Below are positions 48,526 through 61,900 of a stretch of 64,000 bases of DNA, one piece after another. The translations under genes were made by a program, and so were the position numbers. The stretch spans positions 3,162,001 through 3,226,000 of the forward strand of contig JBHGNT010000004.1 of the NCBI GenBank assembly GCA_043228905.1, read 5' to 3'. The stretch comes from Azolla caroliniana. Lineage: Eukaryota > Plantae > Polypodiophyta. How positions within the stretch are numbered: position 1 is the first letter of the stretch; every line of letters begins with the position of its first letter. Under the pieces are notes generated by a model. The model saw only the letters and a program-made list of their open reading frames with translations. It was not told where the DNA came from and made no database searches.

Positions 48526-49962
48526 TCAAGACCTGCCAAATAAAGGGAGCAAACATGTATTGAGATTAATGAACATACAATTTCGTAACTCAAAACAGAA
48601 CCAGAAATTTTAGGGTTTTGCTATGGCATCTCAAAACACTATAACCCCCAAAAAGCAACAACATCAGATATTTAAGCCTAAACTCCAACACCTCTTCTCA
48701 GTGCACACCATGTTCAAGACTCTATTTTCACTTCCATAAAGCCTAAATCCCAACATCTGCATCTCTCTCGTAATCCCAAAACCCCAACATAAGGACATTC
48801 AAGGCATGTGCAAAGATATAACAAAACCCTAAAATATTCCAAATTTTGATGTGAGTGCATTCTGGTATAAACCCTAAATTGCAGTAAATATAAGATACAT
48901 CAATTCATGTACTCTAAGTTTTCTAAGGTTGATCAGGACTATGGCATTGTATAAACCCTATAATGTAAATGTCAGTGCATGAGGATGTTGAAGACGATGG
49001 CCAGAATCAGAACCCTAAACTCTCAACTCTTACCGCAGAAGGATGCAATAAGAACTAAAACACACTTGAACCTGAAACATATACACTCATACGGATTTGT
49101 GCATAAACATCAGTCTTCAGGAAAGCACGGAAGAAGTGAGAGAATTCCAAAACCCAAATTCTAATTTTTATAACTCTAAATCATAACACCTAAACTGGAA
49201 AAACCACACCCTAGATCTTAAGGACTAAATCCTAAACCATGGGCAAAGATTTACACCCAAAATCCTTAACTTAAACACTAAACCCCAGCCAAGCATTAGG
49301 AAACTCAAAACCCTGCCACACCCCCCACACACCACTAGCAAACTCACTCGAATAGGAAGCGAAATCATCATGCAGATTTGGATTGGCCTTGCTTACTTAT
49401 GAAAGCTCTTCGATATGTCACCATAGACTCTGGCAACAGCAGTCAAAACAGCAGGAGTCGCAGCGGCAGCAGTCCGCAGAAAAGCCCCAGCAGCCACTCC
49501 TGAGAGGAAGACCTGTGGAACCTCGGGTTTCGAATCAAGTTTCGCTTCGATGAGGTGGATGCGGTGTGCGGCCACATCCATCTGCGCAGCCGTGCTGCGA
49601 AAGGATTTCTCCAGAGACATGAGGCGCTGCATTGGGTACAGAGAGCGATGGAGGGCCGCCTGCAATTCCTCTATGACCTTTTCGCTGGCTTGCTCCTTCT
49701 CCATACCTAGGGCAACGTATCTATCGATAAGCTCTGAAGGTTTAGGGAAAGAAGGTGGATGTGCAGAAGAGGATGAAGAAGAAGAAGAAGAAGAAGAAGA
49801 AGAAGAAGAGGGAGAGTTGCTCTTGGAGCTGTTGTTCTTGTTGTCTTTTCCATAGCTGCCAGGGGAAGGAAGCTCTGGCAAGGCCATGGAGGAGGAGGAG
49901 GAGCCCTGTTTAAGCTTCTGCTTCTCCTTTACACTCATTCTTTCCTCTTCTTTCCTCTTCAT
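48526..49962 (-). CDS. Conserved uncharacterised plant protein (~190 aa; Ser-rich linker, helical core, hydrophobic C-terminus)
   Basis: GC-richer 189-aa ORF 49393..49962 containing PKPSELIDRY..EQASEKVIEELQ..EAKLDSKP..GVAAGA, which resembles unannotated land-plant proteins as I recall them. Donor AA|GTAAGC at 49396 and acceptor ggcag|G at 48533 would add a final G TCT TGA. TATA-like sequence at ~49990. Start codon uncertain. Confidence 0.75.
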
Positions 49963-50074
49963 GAGAAGAAGAGATGATGAGGTTCATGATTTATATATGT
50001 ATCTATATAGACTATAAGGAGTAAAGATAAACCCATGGGTATTAACTGAACCAGGTTTCTCGGTTTGGGTTTGG

Positions 50075-50690
50075 TTTTGGGTTTGAACTTTTCTTCTGGT
50101 TACTTCCCTCAGGTTTTAGGGTTTAGGGTTTGATAATGAGGGGTTCAGTCATTATTAACCTTCGTATTCTCGCAGATTTCGATTTATATATTCTCAATGA
50201 CAAGTGACCACATGGGTTTGGCCCTTGGGTTTGAACTTTTTGTCCCATCCCTCAGGTTTTAGGGTTTAGGGGTTGATAATGAGGGGTTCAATCATTATTA
50301 ACCTTTGTATTCTCGCAGATTTTGATTTATATATTCTCAATGACAAGTGTCCACATGGGGTTGGGTTTGAACTTTTTGTCCCATCCCTCACGTTTTAGGG
50401 TTTAGGGTTTGATAATAAGGGTTCAATCATTACTAACCTTCGTATTCTCAAAGATTTCGATTTATATATTCTCAATGACAAGTGAACACATGGGTTTGGG
50501 TTTGAACTTTTTGTCCCATCCCCCAAGTTTTAGGTTTTAGGTTTTAAGGTTAAGGGCTTCATAATGAGGGGTTCAATCATTAACCATTGTATTCATGATC
50601 ACGAGTTTGGGTCTTGAGCTCTCGGAGATTTCGATTTATATACTCTCAATGAAAAGTGAACATAATGAGGGGTTTCCTTCAAACCTAGCC
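50075..50690. repeat. Tandem array, ~4.5 units of ~135-148 bp, with TTTAGGG pairs (degenerate in the last units)
   Basis: Units start near 50079, 50227, 50363 and 50498 (gggtttgaactttt...ttttagggtttaggg.ttgataat...gatttatatattctcaatgacaagtg). Confidence 0.93.
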
Positions 50691-51069
50691 CTAACCCAAT
50701 TATCATTGGTTTTGAGTTTTGCACCCTTGTTGTCATTAGTTTCAAGTTTTCATCATCAATCCATGATCAAATATAGTGATTCTTAAACCAAGAAACAAGA
50801 CTCATGTATCATCATGAGCTTGACTTGATATTCTATTGTAAGGGATTTATTCGCTTTCTCGGCATTTACACTTATGTGATTCAATGATCTCAAAAAATGT
50901 AAATGAAGAGATGTCTTTGAGCTGACTTCATGAGACCTTCACAAGTCTTGATGATCTCAAGTTCTTGCCCATATAATGATCCTCCTTTTCGCATTACAGT
51001 GACAAAACGGTCATCAAAATTCTTCAAGGATTTACTTTTGTTATGAAGACACCCTTGTCATCACATTCG

Positions 51070-52235
51070 AATAAGCTTACACATTAAAAATGTATAAAAT
51101 GATCTAATATATCCATAAGTTTTATTTTAATTGACTTTCAGATCATAATTATCGCTAGTTGATATGAGAGAGATCCCTACTTTACAAATGCTTACCTCAA
51201 CGGTAGTTTGATTTCAATCCTTCAATAATTCTTCATCCAAACAACCGACTATCATAGTTTTATTCCAACCTTGAATCTGACTTTGTGGATCAATTTTACA
51301 ATGTTCTATGGAACTAGCTTAAGTTCAATGCTTCAATCGAAACAAAAATAGAATTAATGAAAGCACCTATTCATGAACCAATAACAGTTAACACACACAT
51401 TCTCCAATAAAGAATACTTTAATTAGAAACGCATATTACAATCCCAAATATACTAACTCAAAGATCTACACCAACTTATACAGCAAACCCCTCCATTTAA
51501 GGTTCTCAAAAATAGTATGTAAGATCACATCATAAAAAATTAGTGTCTCATTACAACAATAAACATTACACAAACCCTCTTATGGAGGTAATCTAAACAA
51601 TGGGTCTTGATTCAATTATCTCAAGTTCAACTCAAGTGTAAATGAGCAAATGTCTTTCTCGACTTCGTGAGGATACCTCCGGTTATCAAGACCCAGCCAT
51701 GTTAAATTTACACATAAAACAATGTACAGATTGATGTAATATACACATATTTTTAGTTTAATTGGCTTCCAGACCATAATGGTTAGTTGATCTGGGACAG
51801 ATTCTTATTTTATAAATGCTTACCTCAACAAGCAGTAAATTTATCTAAAAGCCTTGAGTAGTTTAATCTCAGTCCGACAATTCTTCATCCAAACCAACCT
51901 GTGAAAATCCCCTAGTCATCTAGTACATGCATGTTTCAAGAAGTGCTCAACCATCTTGCATCAATAACAACTTTGAATCTGATTTAGTGGATCTCTTTTA
52001 CAAAGTTCTCAAGAACTAGCTTGAGTTCAATGCATCAATCGAAACAAAAATGGAATTTACAAAACCATCAATAACCAATAACAGACACACTTTCTCCAAT
52101 CCACAATACTCTAGTTAGGAAAGAGCACTACAATCCCAATTAGACATCAACTTATACTGCAGACCTCTCCATTTAAGGTCCTGAGAAACAGTATGTAAGA
52201 TTACATCATAAAAATTTAGTGTCTCATTACAGCAA
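51070..52235. repeat. Diverged direct duplication (~500 bp) downstream of PHAX; related sequence at 50890-51070 and 63820-64000
   Basis: aaatgcttacctcaac, gaactagctt.agttcaatgc.tcaatcgaaacaaaa and ctccatttaaggt..tagtgtctcattaca each occur twice. Confidence 0.8.
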
Positions 52236-52521
52236 ACCTTGATTACTCAATGCTAACTGTAATGATTTCTCTTCTTAATATCCTTGCAAATCAAGGAAAC
52301 AAATATCTGATTTTAAATCAATCTGCATCAAAATCTGTGTTTTTCTGAAACTTGGGACACGTTATATGCCCATGACTTACACTCACTTGCGTTTACTGTT
52401 GTTCTATGTACATGTTATATGCCCATGACCCTAACTGGAAAGAACCCATGCTTAATTCTAATGGGAACGCGAGTGGCAACTACACAATACCACGTAAAGC
52501 TTTTGGTTAAGCTTAGTTTAC

Positions 52522-55500
52522 TCAAATCTCAAGTAAATCATCATATATGACAGGTGCTCGTACTCGTTCTGTAACCGAAGGTGCCTTTTTTTGGGGAACC
52601 TCATGCATTACTACATCATCACCATTCATCACCAAATCCTTAGAGATTGGTCCACATTTCGAAGCCTTCACGCTTTGAGCCCAAGCACATACTGCCTCAG
52701 TATATGAACGTGAATTCTCAGGCTCTAATTTGGAACGAACAGAATCCATCTGCCCTTTCTGAAATGGCCATAATGTCACTTCGGTCTTGTTCACAAGAAG
52801 TGATGGATTTTTCACTTGAGATGCTTGACTCTTCACTGGAGGTAATGGAGAAGCACATGATCCATTCTCCACTGTTCGTCTCCGCTTCGTTGCAGGTTGT
52901 TCATCAATATCCATGCGATCTTCATCAACCTTCCTCTTCCGAAGCTTCTGCTATCACACCAAATATATAAGCATTCCTACCCATTAGCATTTATAAAAAC
53001 AAAGGAAAAACTATAAAATTTCTAAATATGTCCCTTAATGTTCTTATTAATTGTTTCTGTGCCCGTATGGTTTTTGGTTCCCCAAAAACCCTAGGAAGAA
53101 CAATACAACATATGGTTTCTTGCTTGACAACGGATTTCTGCCCATTCCCAACTGAAATTAAATGCATAATAGGCCAATTAAGTGCAATGTCATGTACAAT
53201 GCTAATGAATAGAAGCTAATCTCACTTCTATTGATAATTAATTGGACGGTTATATCCTCGCTAACCGTGATTACAGGACCACCTCTCTGTTGATCATGAT
53301 TACTGGGCAATCAACGTCTACTAATTATGATAACTTGGGCATTAGGCTCTCTGCTAATCATAACTCATCATAATTAATTTGGTTTCTTCACAAAAAGTAA
53401 TTACCTGTAATTTACAAGCAGTAACTATGTGTGACATAGGGAGATCAACAAAACACACGTGGGATCTTGCTCGTCAATGGATTTCCGCACCTTCACTACA
53501 GAAATTAAATGCATAGTAGGCAATTAAGTGCAGTGTTAGTTACAATGCTAATTCAGAGAAGCTAATCACTCTTCCAATGATAATTAATTGGACAGTAATA
53601 TCCTTGCTAATCGTGATTACTTGAGCACCTCTCTGTTGATCATGACAACTGAGTAATCAGTCTCTGCTATTTATGATTACTTGCATGATAGTCTCTGTTA
53701 ATCAAAATTCATCATGGTTATTAGCTTTTCTCCCAAAAATTAACTGCCTGTATTTTACAAGCAGTATTTATTGGTGAGAAAGGGATTTGCCAGAAAATCA
53801 AAAGATAATGGCATCTTAGGAAGTATTAATAAGCATAAGAGCATAACACTGTCTCCCTTAAAAGTAACCAAAACAAACAAGACTAAGTTTACATTCCACC
53901 TGTATATCTTTTGCTGATGCCATTACGGCCTTGTACTCTTCCTTGTACCGAGCCCTCAGCACATTCCACAGAACCCCTCCTGGTGTTCTTCGCCTCCTGC
54001 CGTCAACAGTCATCTGACCACCATGTGCTTCAATTGTGTCAACCTGCACTCATGGAGTTCCATTGTTCCCATTAATGGAGATTTGGATAAATATAAAATA
54101 CTTGATGTAATTCAATCATATCGAGTACCATTACACTCCATATGCACAATTGATATTAGAAAGCAGCCATATAAAGTAGCACTATGTTATACAATAGAGA
54201 CTAGAATCTAATCATATCAAGTAATATTTCTGGAATAGGCTTAATTTCTCAGCACACTGAGAATAATACACATCATTGTTAAATGCAGAATAACACAATA
54301 AAGCATACGTTTTGGGTTTCAGGTTTACCAATCCCATAATTTTGGGTTAGGTATTTTATTTCTATTTGATCACCAAAATGTGGCCTCTCGGCGACCTCCC
54401 AAAATACATCTATTAGCAGGAAAACTTCTTGGACAGTATGAAAGCGTGCAACTAACAGAAGTACTAAGAATGCCCAAATTCAGTTTTGTACCTACTTGTT
54501 ATAGGATTCAAGAGGTTCCAGATAAACAAAGATGAACTTGTTTTATATTTTTTAAACAAAATTTTGAACTTTTCAAAAATCTGTCAGGCTTTCCAAACAA
54601 GAACTTTTCAAATGGAAAACTGTTTTAAACCCATATTTTTGTTAAGCTAACTTCAATTACATCCTAATCAGGGAGCAATTATGAATAGGGAATGTTCACT
54701 AAAGAAGAAAGTGCATGTCCCCCTTTCTTTCATTATGCTACAATTCTAAACATCTGATTGACTGAACTCACTTAAAATCAAAATACGTACATTATATATG
54801 AATGGAGGTACTGTACCTCTCGCACCAGCTCCTTCAGCACATCAAATCCTAATCTTTCAATTGCAGCCTCAATAAGGAAAATCTTAGGCTCTTTAAGACG
54901 TCGACAAAGTTTAAAGATAAACCTTCTGCAACCATAAAGAATCAAGGCTTGTTGTTAGAAAGTCAAGTCATTGATCTAATGAAATATGTGAAACTAAACA
55001 ATGTTCATAAACAGTACTTGCTAGCACCAGGGCCTTCTTCATAGTTGTTAGGGCCAGGGCCTTTTCCTTCTTTGCGCTTTTCCTGGCATCTCTTTTTCTT
55101 TTTCTTCTTTCTTTTTGTATCCAGTGCTTTCTTTGTCTTTTGAATGACAATGTCAACATCGTTATCAGTGAAACGATGATCGCAACCTGAGAAAGAAAAA
55201 ATGGAAATAAGGAGAATGAGCCAAGATCTCTCTTTCTAAAGTCACAAATTCTTATTTGCAAAAAAAAAAATGGTTGCATGAAAATTTGAATGAAATGTAA
55301 GCAAGGAGGAATTTGAAATCTGAAAATAAGTTATTTTGTCAAAATTTATTTTGCCAAAGTTGGTCTCTATGTTTTGGCAGGTTCTCTATGTTTCAAGTTC
55401 ACAATTGAGATGTGATTTTCTGAATTCACAAGTGCAATGATGCAAGCTTTTGCCTTTTCTTTTTTCATACACAAGCCTACTGGTAAGAGATATTTGTTTA

Positions 55501-55647
55501 TTCTTTATTGACGATCAGACCTTGGGATCAAAAAAACTATTTTTCTAGATGTTCCTGGGGATGTATGTGATGTGAGAGCTGAACCAATGACCTTGTCCCT
55601 GCAGAGAATAATCTTTACCACTCACTATCTCTATCGCTATCTCTAAA

Positions 55648-55709
<62 letters not shown>

Positions 55710-56136
55710 GTATTTTATATTTTAGTTTGTTGTTCTCAGAGGTAAGACAACTTTTTCAAATGTAATATCTTGTTTTGATCTCATAGGCCATTTCCGTCTT
55801 CTAAAAGTCATTAAAATTGTTTGCTTTCCTGGTTTTCTTTCTAATAGTAAATAAACCAGAAGGAATTTCAATATCTAATTGGGGGCCACCTGAAGGTGAA
55901 GCAATTTCTCCTTCTTCTAATACAGGAGGAGGAATGTCGATGGAAAGCTGAGATGAATGGCCAGGAAGAGGAGGATGAGGAGAGGGTGCAACAGCTAGTG
56001 TGGAGGCGATGGCGACAGAGATCTTTTGGTCATCTGCTTCTTCATTATCATCATTAGGCTCTTCTTCTTCGTAATCACTGAGCTCATCGCAGTCCTCCTC
56101 TGCGCTCTCCAGGATAGCATCCAGCCCCAACTCCAT
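52522..56136 (-). CDS. PHAX: Phosphorylated adapter RNA export protein (PHAX RNA-binding domain), 5 exons, ~376 aa
   Basis: Exons 56136-55857, 55186-55018, 54925-54817, 54043-53900, 52950-52522 (1131 nt in frame). Domain sequence FIFKLCRRLKEPKIFLI..ELVREVDTIEAHGGQMTVDGRRRRTPGGVLWNVLR; acidic N-terminus and basic NLS-like stretch. Confidence 0.9.
53130..53780. repeat. Intronic tandem duplication (2 x ~345 bp) with internal ~30-bp periodicity
   Basis: ggattt...gaaattaaatgcata.tagg..aattaagtgca occurs at ~53132 and ~53479; each unit holds ~4 variants of tctctgctaatcatgattac. Confidence 0.85.
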
Positions 56137-56799
56137 AACACTATACCAAGCCTTCTCTGCCCCTGCCTCTGCCTCTGAGTCTTTATAGGAGCGTGCTTAT
56201 TGCTTCATAATTTGGTTACCTGTACACACACTACTTAGCAATATGCATAGATATATACATATGTGTGTGTTTTATTAAGAGAAGACAAAAAGAAGGTGCC
56301 TTATGAAATTTCACCACAATTTTGCTACCATTACCTCAGACATGTACAGGTGTTTTTATTAACACATCTACTAATGAACATAAAAAGAAAGAGAAGCAGA
56401 TGGCTAGATGACCAGATGGACATGTGTAGGTTTACCCAACGGATCTCTAGTGTCTTCTATATTTGAGTCATGTGTAGTTGCATCTTTTCATATTTCCTAT
56501 GATACACTCTCTGCGAAAAGAGCAAACAGATGAGATTCTATCAAGTATTGCTCCATATAGCATATCATCCCAAACGTATTAAATTGGACTGGAAATAATA
56601 TTGATCCATATTATATACAGTTATATATCTATCACGAATGATAGTGGCCAAAAAAATGCCCAAATTAGTAAGTTGGTCCCAGCGTAGTAAACCTTCAAAG
56701 TGCAATGCTTGAAGGTTTGCGTCGTGTAGTCCCCCTTGGGGAAAACTCGATTTAACGTCAAATGTATTGACCACATACATTTGACTTTAAATTGAGTTT

Positions 56800-58152
56800 C
56801 AAGCAAGCAGTCCTGCTTAAAACTCGGTCAGGACTCATTGAGTATTCATTAGGCGAGATCCTTCTTTCTCACGAACTTTCGGGGTGTACACTTTGGTGGG
56901 TCTTATTGCTTTTCTACATATAAATTACATCATTCCCGAAGTCCATGACTGACCGACTAAATCCAGTGTTGCTGCATCTTTGTTTTACTGTGGGAAGACC
57001 GTGTCCAAGTGAATCTACTCTCGATCAACTAAGGAAAACTAATGACAGCCATGGCATTGTGGTTCGGTAATGAAAAAGAAGAAGAAGAAAGTACTACCCC
57101 TGAGTTCAGGAGCTCAAGTACCACCAGTATGTATTGATAGTATGGATATGAGTACAACTAGTTCGCCATCATGCAGTCAGACGCCATGCGAAACCATTGC
57201 TTCGTCATAGTGAAGCGAATGTGCTTAGAGTTGCAGAAAACACGAGTTGCGATGTCAATCTGGCTTCTAGGAAAGCGAATGAATCAGGTAAAACTTATAC
57301 TCTCTTTATATGTCAGATCATGACTCTCTCTCTCTCTTCTCTCATCAATAAATGCCATCCCGGGGCAGTCCTGAAGGTGCAATCTCATCATTGACTTAAA
57401 CCCTTGTATTTATTATAGGAAACAGCGTAGTTCTATTCATGGTTATATCTTATAGGGGTTGGAAGCTAGTTGATCACTTTCAATTTGTGCTCCAGTTAGG
57501 AATCGGCTTAAGCGGTTTGGGAGTTTCCAAACTTGAACCGAACTAGTTCCTAAACCAAACCAACGAAACCAAACTGGTTTAATGGCTCAGGTTAGTCTTG
57601 AGCCGATCGAAGCCATTGACGATTCCTACTTGCAAGGTATGTTGAGCTCATAGTAACAGCATCCAAAGGCACTAAGGTTGTCAACGAGCACTGCCAACAT
57701 AAAAATCAGATTGAGATTTTGGGAGCTGGAGCACAAATTGTATAACCATGAATAGAAGGTGTTGGCTATAATAATACGAGGGTTGAAGTCGATATCATTA
57801 GCTACGATTGGTGGAGTAGCCATAAATGCTTCCATACGATGTCAAATGGTGAATGGCAAATGGTTCCATCCAAAGGCTCAAGGGAATGGTGATGAGCCGG
57901 AGCAAATTTCTACCTTACCTTTGTGGTCAGAAGGCTGGAAATTAAGGTGGCATACAACAATTTGTTAAGATGAACTTCCTCCGATTTTAGTTGGTTGGTC
58001 ATGGACTTTGGGAATTATGTAATTTGTATGCAGAAAAGCAATAAGACCCACTAAGTTCAAGTGTACACCCAGAAAGTGGATGAGAAAGAAGGAACTCCCT
58101 TAATGAACGATCAATCAGTGACAACCGAGTTTTAAGCGGGCTTGCTTGCTTG
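56800..58152. mobile_element. Foldback-like structure with ~165-bp imperfect inverted ends
   Basis: 56800-56965 is the approximate reverse complement of 57982-58152. Inner 57400-57495 is inverted relative to 57725-57785. 57575-57880 also matches 39120-39430 in reverse. Confidence 0.65.
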
Positions 58153-58344
58153 TAACTAGCCCAAAGAAAATTAGATATTTAGCTGAGACATCAATCAACG
58201 AGCCAAATATTACATTGCAGCACGGTCCTTACCCTAGTGGCAAGTTGTTACACAACTAACCCTCCGTCTTGAGTTTAAAACTCAATTTTCTCACCTCTCT
58301 ATTGCTCCATACATATCCTCTTAATTTATTAGATGCCACTGTGG

Positions 58345-58412
58345 AATGTATGGGTTTGAACCCATGACCTCTTGGTCTCCATAGGGCAACCTTACCAACA
58401 AAGCTACATCCA
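58345..58412 (-). mobile_element. tRNA-derived SINE-like head
   Basis: Minus strand GGATGTAGCTTTGTTGGTAAGG...GGTCATGGGTTCAAACCCAT carries A-box and B-box motifs at tRNA-like spacing but no acceptor or anticodon stem. Confidence 0.55.
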
Positions 58413-58799
58413 TCTCTTTCGTCTATCCCCCTCTCTCTCTCTCTACTTCTTAACTAACAATTAACAAAAAGCCTACAAAAGGAAAAGCAAGGGGAAATTT
58501 TCATTTCTTCTTCTTCTTCTATTCGAACCAAAAGCAATCAAGAAACACGGACAGAGAAGAAAAACCCAACAAAAGTAGAAAGCAACGACAAATTTTAGGG
58601 TTTCTGAATCTGCCTGTCTCTCTTTCTTTCTCTTTTTTAATAATGATTCATCATCATCATCATTATCATCGCCTTCTTCTCTTCTGAGCTCAATCATCAT
58701 CACCAACACCAGCACCGCCATCATCAACGTCATAATGAAGGAAATGTCAAAAGTTTCTCTTTTCAGGGCTTCTCAATTGTTTCCAGTTATTGTTTTTCT

Positions 58800-58945
58800 T
58801 CTTCGTTTTCTTCTTCTTCTTCTTCTTCTTCTTCTTCTTCTTCTTCTTCTTCTTCTTCTTCTTCTTCTTCTTCTGCTGCTGCTTCTTCTTCTACTTCTTC
58901 TTCTGCTGCTGCTGCTTCTTCTTCATCATCATTATCATCATTATC
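58800..58945. repeat. (CTT)n/(CTG)n/(CAT)n microsatellite
   Basis: Long CTT run producing the poly-L and poly-F ORFs; much shorter in the homologous block at ~32510-32560. Confidence 0.97.
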
Positions 58946-61900
58946 GTCAATGACATCATGAAGGAGATAATAGTTCAGTCTTGCAGGATGGTTAAAGTAT
59001 TGCTTTATTGAATAGCATCAATCTCATATCCCATCCACGAGTATCACTTTGGCATAATAGCTATTCAAATCTATGAAGTATAGACTCATCGCATACATTC
59101 CACTTATTCGCCAATGGGACATTAATACCAAATTATTTAAGCTTTGCACCATTTGTAATGATTCTCCCCTTGTATGTAAAAGTGGTACAATGTCTCAGCT
59201 GTGTTGCCTTTATTGATTTGACAGAAAATGGCCTATACATAGCATCAAAAGTACATGAGCATAAAATAATCAACTTACTTCCATAATAACTCTTAGTGTA
59301 ACAAAATGATTGATAGTTGAAAGTTTGGTCTAATGCATGCGTGACCAAGCGCTTGTTTGTGATGATGTTCAGCCATGTGCTAATCTTTCATTCCACGATA
59401 AAAAGTGAGTAAAGAATCTTGTTATCGGTACATGTAAGATTCTCAAGTCAAATATATGTAATTTTTGTCATTGAAAGATCTCTGGCATAGATCGATCCAG
59501 AATGGAGAGGACTCTGAAGCAAGAGAAGCATTTGTGATGACAGGATATAATGGCATTTATATGTCAATGATAAGGGTGGCGAGATCATGATCCATGAGGC
59601 AGAGACCTACATGTACAACCAATTGCTATTCCCAATCTATTGTAATCCCTTTACTATGTCCTGGTCAAGAGCACATTTGTGTAGCCCTTGATTGACATGT
59701 ACAATGAGTACGAGTTATTGGGCTAGAGAAACCAACGATTATTCTTTGTTGATAGCTTGTTTGCTTGTACAATTGACCAGATATCGAGAGCAACAACCTC
59801 CATGATCTAGTGATGGTATGGCAAATGTGCCTAAAATCCCTATGCTCGAGGTCTTTGTTGTTATCAGCATGCCTCCATGCACTGTATTGTAACTCTTCGG
59901 CATGTGTCAAGGAGGAAATACAGTTTCTAAACTTCCTTAACTATTTCTGACATTTGATCCAACAAAAGGGCAATTCCAACAACTATTCATCAGCTAAAGG
60001 TTTTGACAATATCCAACAATGCACAAAGAAAACAGGCCTCTTATGTATAAAAACACAAAGGTTACAAAACATGACATTATACACAATGCATGGTGTTATG
60101 CATAGGCTTACATCAATGAACTGACATTGGAGAGAGAAAAACTGAAAACGAACTACAGATGTACATGAGGACTACAAGTAAGACAGACCCACCAAATTGG
60201 TAGGCTTTCAAAAACGAATGTTGCTTCTTAGAGAATGTGCATTAACCCCTATGTCGTTAGCCTATTTACACTCTAGCATTCCACAATAAGGCTTTGGTTA
60301 ACATACTTACACCCTAGCATATTACATTAAGACTTTTCTAACATTTTAAACCTTTGGAACCTTAGAAGTTTGACTACATAAAATTAGGAACATATGGCAT
60401 ACTCTTATAAGTTTGTTAAAACTTTTAGGTATCTTTATATTTGTTTGTTAGCTTACTTGTGAAAAGTGGAACTATATATATAGGTAAATATAGCCCTGTT
60501 ATTTTTCAAGGGCTATTTTGGGGAAGAAATGGAGCATTCTGAAGTTTTCCTCACTGTAATACTAATTATCACTTAAGCAATCTAGTTATCTCTTGGTATT
60601 CTCCCCTGACTAATATCAAAAAGGAAAATAAAAGGCAATGCTAATAAGAAACATATGACATACATAGACGAATGGCATATTGCCTACATAAATGATTTGA
60701 AAAAAGAATACACTTGCTGATCATTTTCAACAGATGTTTCATCGATAACATGATCAGAGTCATGATATCTCTCTGTTCCCAACTACCATCTGATAATGGA
60801 CATGGCTCTTGCTATCTATAACTATGGAACTTTGGACATCGTTTCTCCTAAACCCTGAATCTTGTACAATAAATTTAGGGTTTAAGGAAACACACACTAA
60901 GACACAGGATACCTCTCGCAGAATCAGAACATGTAGATAAATTACGATAATTCCTTAAAATAGATTTTATCGGGTTTTCCCTCTGGCAAAATGAATTTTC
61001 AGGAAATACCATTAAGACCACTTAAACATAGATCCTTTCACGTAGAACCAGTTCCCAAAATTTCCTTTGGAATAGATAAATTACAATTATGTCTCAGAAC
61101 CATATTTTCTCCGGTTTGTCCCTTGTCAGACCATAACCCAAAATGCAATTAGGTTTAGACACATTAAAATGAATCCTAGAAGCAGATTTTCTACGATTCC
61201 TTTCTCATAAGGCAGTCCCCAGAATGAAATTTTAGATGGTAAGGACGTGGACAGAATACGGAATTTCTATCGGAAAACAAGTTCTCAGAATACCATTCAG
61301 TGCAGATACATTACTAAAAGCTCTTTTAAAAATTTCTGAAATTTACTCTCATAAAATGAGTTCTCAAACATGCTGTTAACACTACTAGAAACCCACAAAA
61401 GAAAAAGATTCTCTGTCGCTGGAATGTTGTTAACATTTTTTTGCTTGAACAACATTTAGTTTAATCAGAATGTTGTTAAGACTATTCGAAACGCACAGAG
61501 AAAAGAAACAGAATTTTCTCTTGCCAAATCAGTTCACAATTTTTTATTTTAGACTGTTTGAAACATTCGGAGAAAAAATAAGTAAAAGAAAATCCTTGAT
61601 GCAAAACAAACTCAGTCCAATCAAAAGGAAAAAAGTGAATTTTTCATGACATAGCTGAAGAGAAAGAATCGTGTCTGGTTTTAAGTATTTCTGTGATGAT
61701 TAATAAAAAATATTATCGACATGAAAACACGTAGTCAAGATGCAGAATTTGAGTCTTCTTTTACTCTTCTGAAGCAAATCAGATGGTGTTTTAGACTACA
61801 AGAAACTCACAGAAAATTCAATATATGCATATTAACACACGGAAAAGAAAACAGGCTTCAATTTCATATCGCCAAAACCATTTCTCGAATATATATACAT

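Noticed and set aside
53255-53715. CRISPR array
   Set aside because: Repeats are degenerate, spacers only 9-13 nt and partly similar to each other, no cas genes; kept only as a micro-array finding.
58345-58412. tRNA gene
   Set aside because: A and B boxes are present but no cloverleaf could be formed; treated as a SINE-like head.
58735-59011. Poly-Leu and poly-Phe ORFs
   Set aside because: Translations of a (CTT)n microsatellite.
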